Assembly (NCBI RefSeq): GCF_009914755.1
Contig: NC_060928.1
Origin: the human T2T-CHM13v2.0 reference genome, Homo sapiens
Direction: 5' to 3' (one strand)
Length of the DNA stretch: 64,000 bases
Shown: piece after piece, positions 59,620 through 64,000 of the stretch
How the letters are laid out: each line of letters begins with the position of its first letter
Position numbering within the stretch: the first letter of the stretch is position 1
Program-made: the position numbers and the translations under genes
The notes under the pieces: generated by a model
Told to the model about the DNA's origin: nothing
Databases searched by the model: none
The model's input: the letters and a program-made list of their open reading frames with translations, nothing else

Positions 59620-60249
59620 CCATATTTTCTTTACTCTTGCCCCTCAGTACAATGTGTCTCCATGCTCTTATTAGAACAATTTCCACCTTTGCCCCTTATT
59701 TTATCTCCACCCCAAAATCAGAACTATGGTTCTTGCCTTTAAGGAGTTTACAATGTAGATAGGGAAAGAGATCATGTATGTCTTATATTAGATCTTCCAT
59801 TACTTTGCAGACTGGTTCATAATCTGATAGAATTACTGGAAAAACAAGTGACAGCTTTCTCTCCAACTTGTTCTACTTGTTTCTGAGAGTGTGACTGAAA
59901 AAAATGTGGTTTACACCCAGATGATGAACTGACAGTTGTATATTTAATAATTAGGATATGAGAAAATAAATTCCACAGATAATCTGTTTGATATCATCTA
60001 TATTTTCTTTAATGAAGGTGGTTTAATGCAACAATAATTTTTAGAAGGCTTATGACATTTTTCCTGATGAAACAGATTTGGATTAATGGTGCTTCTAGGA
60101 GAAATAATTTCCTCATAGATCACGTTCAAACACATTCAGAAAAGAGATATTCAGGAAAGATCCCTTGGGTGGCTTAAGGCCATTTCAACCTACGAACCTA
60201 GTAGTTATGGACAAATAGGATATTCCACATAGTAACAAATTACCACCCC

Positions 60250-60985
60250 TCAGATTACCTAATGATTGTAAAAGGGAAAACTTTTCTTTTTGGAAAGATC
60301 TGGCAGTCACCACCTTAACCAAAAAATCAACTGCAGCATCACTGAATTCTGATGTCATGAAATTGTGTGCCTCCAGATGTGATGGCATAGAAACATCATC
60401 TACGACATATTCTTGCCAAAAACATACAAATGGTACCTACTCAAGCTGTAAGAAGTAATTTCTAGTTAATAGGAACCAAAGGGAACATCATTACAATAAA
60501 GCAATCACACAAATCCTCACTGTGGGACGTTTTACAAGACAATTGGCCTGTTCTCTTCACAAAGTCAATGTCACAGGGAAAAATAGCAGGGGGAATATAT
60601 TAGATTAATAGAGATGAAATTCCTGAGCCTCCAGTATAACCTGGTTGAAGAACAAAAGAATAAAATAATTTAAAAGGAACAATTGAAAAAGACTAAAAGT
60701 GAAATGGACGTTAGGTTATATTAGAAAACTATTAATTTTCTTAGTTGTATTATAAAATTGAGGCCATGTAATACAATGCCCTTACTCTTGGGGTCTCCTG
60801 TTTCTAGGAGTGAAGTACGTCATGATGCCTACAATTTATTTTCAAATGCTTCTTCAAAACACATGCCCGTGAGGACCTAGCAGTACAGCAACATGTTAAT
60901 AATTAAATCCAGCTAGTGGGTATTTGATGTACTATTCTTTCAATCATTCTGTTTGTTTAAATGTTGAAGGTAAAAATGTTGAAAC
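60250..60985 (+). mobile_element. L1ME-type 3' UTR
   Basis: aaagatctggcagtcaccaccttaaccaa, tgtgtgcctcc, tattcttgccaaaa, gggacgttttacaagacaattggcctg, gtactattctttcaa. Confidence 0.75.
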
Positions 60986-62611
60986 GAAGCTAATGGTAGT
61001 GCTTCAGAAAGTTACTTAGCAAAGCTATGTCCTACTTACATTTGTCATTCTGCACTCCTTATTAGGAAACTATTTTATTAAATCTCCTGTAATATAACTG
61101 ATCATATATGCTTCACACAGGAAAGCCCTCATACGGAAAGCCAAACGCTTATATAGCCAACTACTTTTTCTTAAATCTTCTGCAAATTCTAAGTAAGTGA
61201 CTGGCAAGAAATGCTTTCGGGGCCCCAAATAGAGATGAGAAGCACCCACTTAAAGCCACTGTGTGGCCACTAGCCTGGGCCTAGTTTCCAAATTGACACT
61301 TTCATTGACATCAATGTGATGTCAGCCACATCACTTAAATACTTACATAGATTGAGTCTCAATGTCAGTTCATTTCCAGAGATCAGAACTGTGTAACATG
61401 TCAGTTCTAACAAATGAGACCAGATATGAATTTACACAATATAGTCAATCTAGAGACTATAAAGACACAACACATCTAAAATTTGGATCTGAAATGCATA
61501 GTGCAGAAATCACACAGCCCTTTTGATGCATTGACACTTTTCAAACTACAGAGAAGCTGAAATGTGGCACTAAGTCATTATAAATATTTAACAGGAAAAT
61601 GCTGGCATAACTAAAAGAGTTCAGGAACATACATATATCCATGAAGCTTCATTGCAGATACTCATGAGACAAGCGCCTCAAGTGACTTTACATCCTGGAA
61701 AATGAAGACAAGTATAAAGAAATATGATTCTGTGAAAGTCATTTGTAGGACACTCCATATTACGGTGTGTCCCACAATCATAAAACAATGAGCTTTTCTC
61801 TGCAATCCCATGGCACAGGTAAGTGCAAGATTAGTATCGCTACCAACAGCCGAAATATTTGGGGTCAAACCCTGTACAAAACCACCCTGTCACTGAATTT
61901 CTCCAATGCAGCAGCCAACAATTTATAGGAAAAAGAACACTAATATCAAGCCTTTAAAGGGTGCTCCAAACATAAAATCATGAGTGCTCTAGGAACTTTT
62001 GGAGCTTATGAATCACACTATGCAACGTGCTCATATATGCCAATGCCCGCCACGTTTTACTCAAGTTGGTGTTGATTTGGAGATGGGCCCTGAACATTAA
62101 GTAGAATATAGACCATCAGCAGTTACTAAGCTAAATGCATTGTGATAGCTTGGAAGTTTAGTCCACCTATTTGATTCTGTCAACTTGTTGATACAGTAAC
62201 CATTGCAATGACAAGTTGACCATTTTGAGAAGTTTATGAACCCCATCAGCTCTCTCCTGAGAGAATAATGTTGAATAAATGAAGAAACCAAACCAAATAT
62301 TTGGACAGCATTATCAACAAATAAAAGGTATAACATATGACTTAGCAAATTTTTTAGCTATGTCTTTAAATTTTTGACTGAGGTTAGGTCAAGGGGAGGC
62401 ACATTTAATAGGCAACATTTCATAACAAGAATGAAAAATGATGATGATTCAAATCCCAAGTTATTTCCCGATCATTGCACAATTTTGGTAAACCTTTAGG
62501 AAGAAAATTTGATTTCATCTACAGATCCTCTTCTAGTGTTCCACTGATTATATTACTATAGGAAATATATGTTCTTTGCCCTTTTCATTTTAGAAATTCT
62601 TGTTTTTGTCA

Positions 62612-63450
62612 TTATTCACTCAACAAACATTTCTCGAGAATCAGGCAAACATAAATTAAAAATGGTTGACATGTTAGAAACACAAACAGGTGCTGAATGA
62701 GCAGAGAGGACAGATATCTGATCCATGCTGGCTAAGTGTGTGAGCAGGGGCTTGCTGTGAGATGTGCCATGTGCCCGGAAATGGAGGGCTTCAGGCCGGA
62801 GTAAGAAGTGACTGATGGGATGGAGGGGTAGGGAATGATGTTCCAGGAAGAAGCAGCAGCAGTCAGAAAGGCAAGGGTGGTGGAAAAGAACCATGTGTTT
62901 GGCAGCTTCATGGCAATGGGGCAGAGGCTGTTGGGAGCTCGCATGTTGACAGATGGTCAAGACTTTGTAATCCATGAGCAAAGCTGGACCTTCTTCTGAG
63001 AATAAAGGGCTATCTTTAAAAAGTTTAAGAAAGTTACTAACATGAGGAAGTGATCCTTTTGGGGTTGATAGGTGTGATGATTGGGTTTCTATGCATGTGT
63101 GTGACATGTGTCTCCCTCAAAGCTTGTTACCACATCCGTACAGCACCCATAGGATGTTGGGGGGGTGGGTGGGGAAGGAAAAACAAGAAGAAAAGGAAAA
63201 AGAGAACATGAGTAGATGTGTGTTTTCGAAAGTCAACTCTGGCAAGTATGTAGAAGTTGGAGGAGGCAGGCCTAGAAACCTATCACAAGGTTATTGCCAT
63301 AATTGGAACAAAAAAATGTGAGTGTGAGTGAAGGCAATGGTGAGAATAGAAGAAACAGGGATGGGTTGGAAAGAGCAACAAGCCTACAAATATGTTTTGT
63401 AAGTTTAGCATCTGTAAGAACCTGAAAATGGATGAAGCTTAAAACTTGAG
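62612..63450 (-). mobile_element. L2 fragment
   Basis: attcactcaacaaacatt start; gttccaggaagaagcagcagcag...aaaggc; ggaagtgatc; ggttattgccataatt. Confidence 0.65.
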
Positions 63451-64000
63451 ATGAGAGTTAGACATAGATATGAATTCCAGAAAAATCAATATATGACATT
63501 TCTTGCCCATTTACATCTCCAAATATCTTTTCTTTGTAGTGTTCTAATCAAAACATCAGCAAAGGAAATACAAAGCAAAGTAAACAAACAAACATCCTTC
63601 CATCTCCTCATCCACCCTACTTCTCCTCTAAATGATGAACTCATTCTTTTCAAAATATATTAATGGAATAAATTCAACACTTAATGTACATCTGAACCTA
63701 ATTTTGTAAATAAGACATATTTTACAGCACATATCTTTCAATTAAAGTGCCAAATAAGACAATAAAACCTTCGGTTGGCTTTTTATTTCATTGAACAGAT
63801 AAAAATACTTAATTAAATAAAATGCAAAATGATGACCTGTCAGATTGCTCCCTGACTCCAGAAATCATCTTTCATCCATGACTATGTGTGCCAGGGTCAT
63901 ACAACCAAACCTCTCCCTGGGGTGTACCCCAACAGATGGGTACCTGGCCCATGACTTAGTGCTCTCACCTCCTCCCATCAATTTCTACTCCATTCCCCAA

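Noticed and set aside
62616-63107. 163-aa minus-strand ORF
   Set aside because: It lies within an L2 remnant and has no recognisable domain.

Overview
Primate genomic DNA (catarrhine, most likely human, judging from AluY/AluS/AluJ, L1PA and ERV1 LTRs). It is AT-rich and dominated by interspersed repeats: about 30 Alu or Alu-monomer copies, L1/L2/L3/MIR fragments, about nine solo LTRs and several DNA-transposon relics. I can support no protein-coding gene, tRNA/rRNA/snRNA gene, processed pseudogene or CRISPR array. The listed ORFs are Alu-, L1- or LTR-derived or look like chance. The window reads as intergenic or deep-intronic sequence, and I cannot place it on a chromosome. I found no convincing new biological system. 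The best leads are regulatory: a motif-dense unique block at ~29.8-30.3 kb, a CpG-retaining block at ~37.9-38.4 kb, an intact LTR9 with three octamer sites, a near-consensus CTCF motif in an old Tc2/Kanga-like transposon, and a duplicated CCAAT box next to a MER39-like LTR. There are also scattered minus-strand splice signals that might belong to a lncRNA, plus local hairpin, template-switch and nested-insertion structures. Repeat subfamily names come from recalled consensus sequences and need RepeatMasker/Dfam confirmation.
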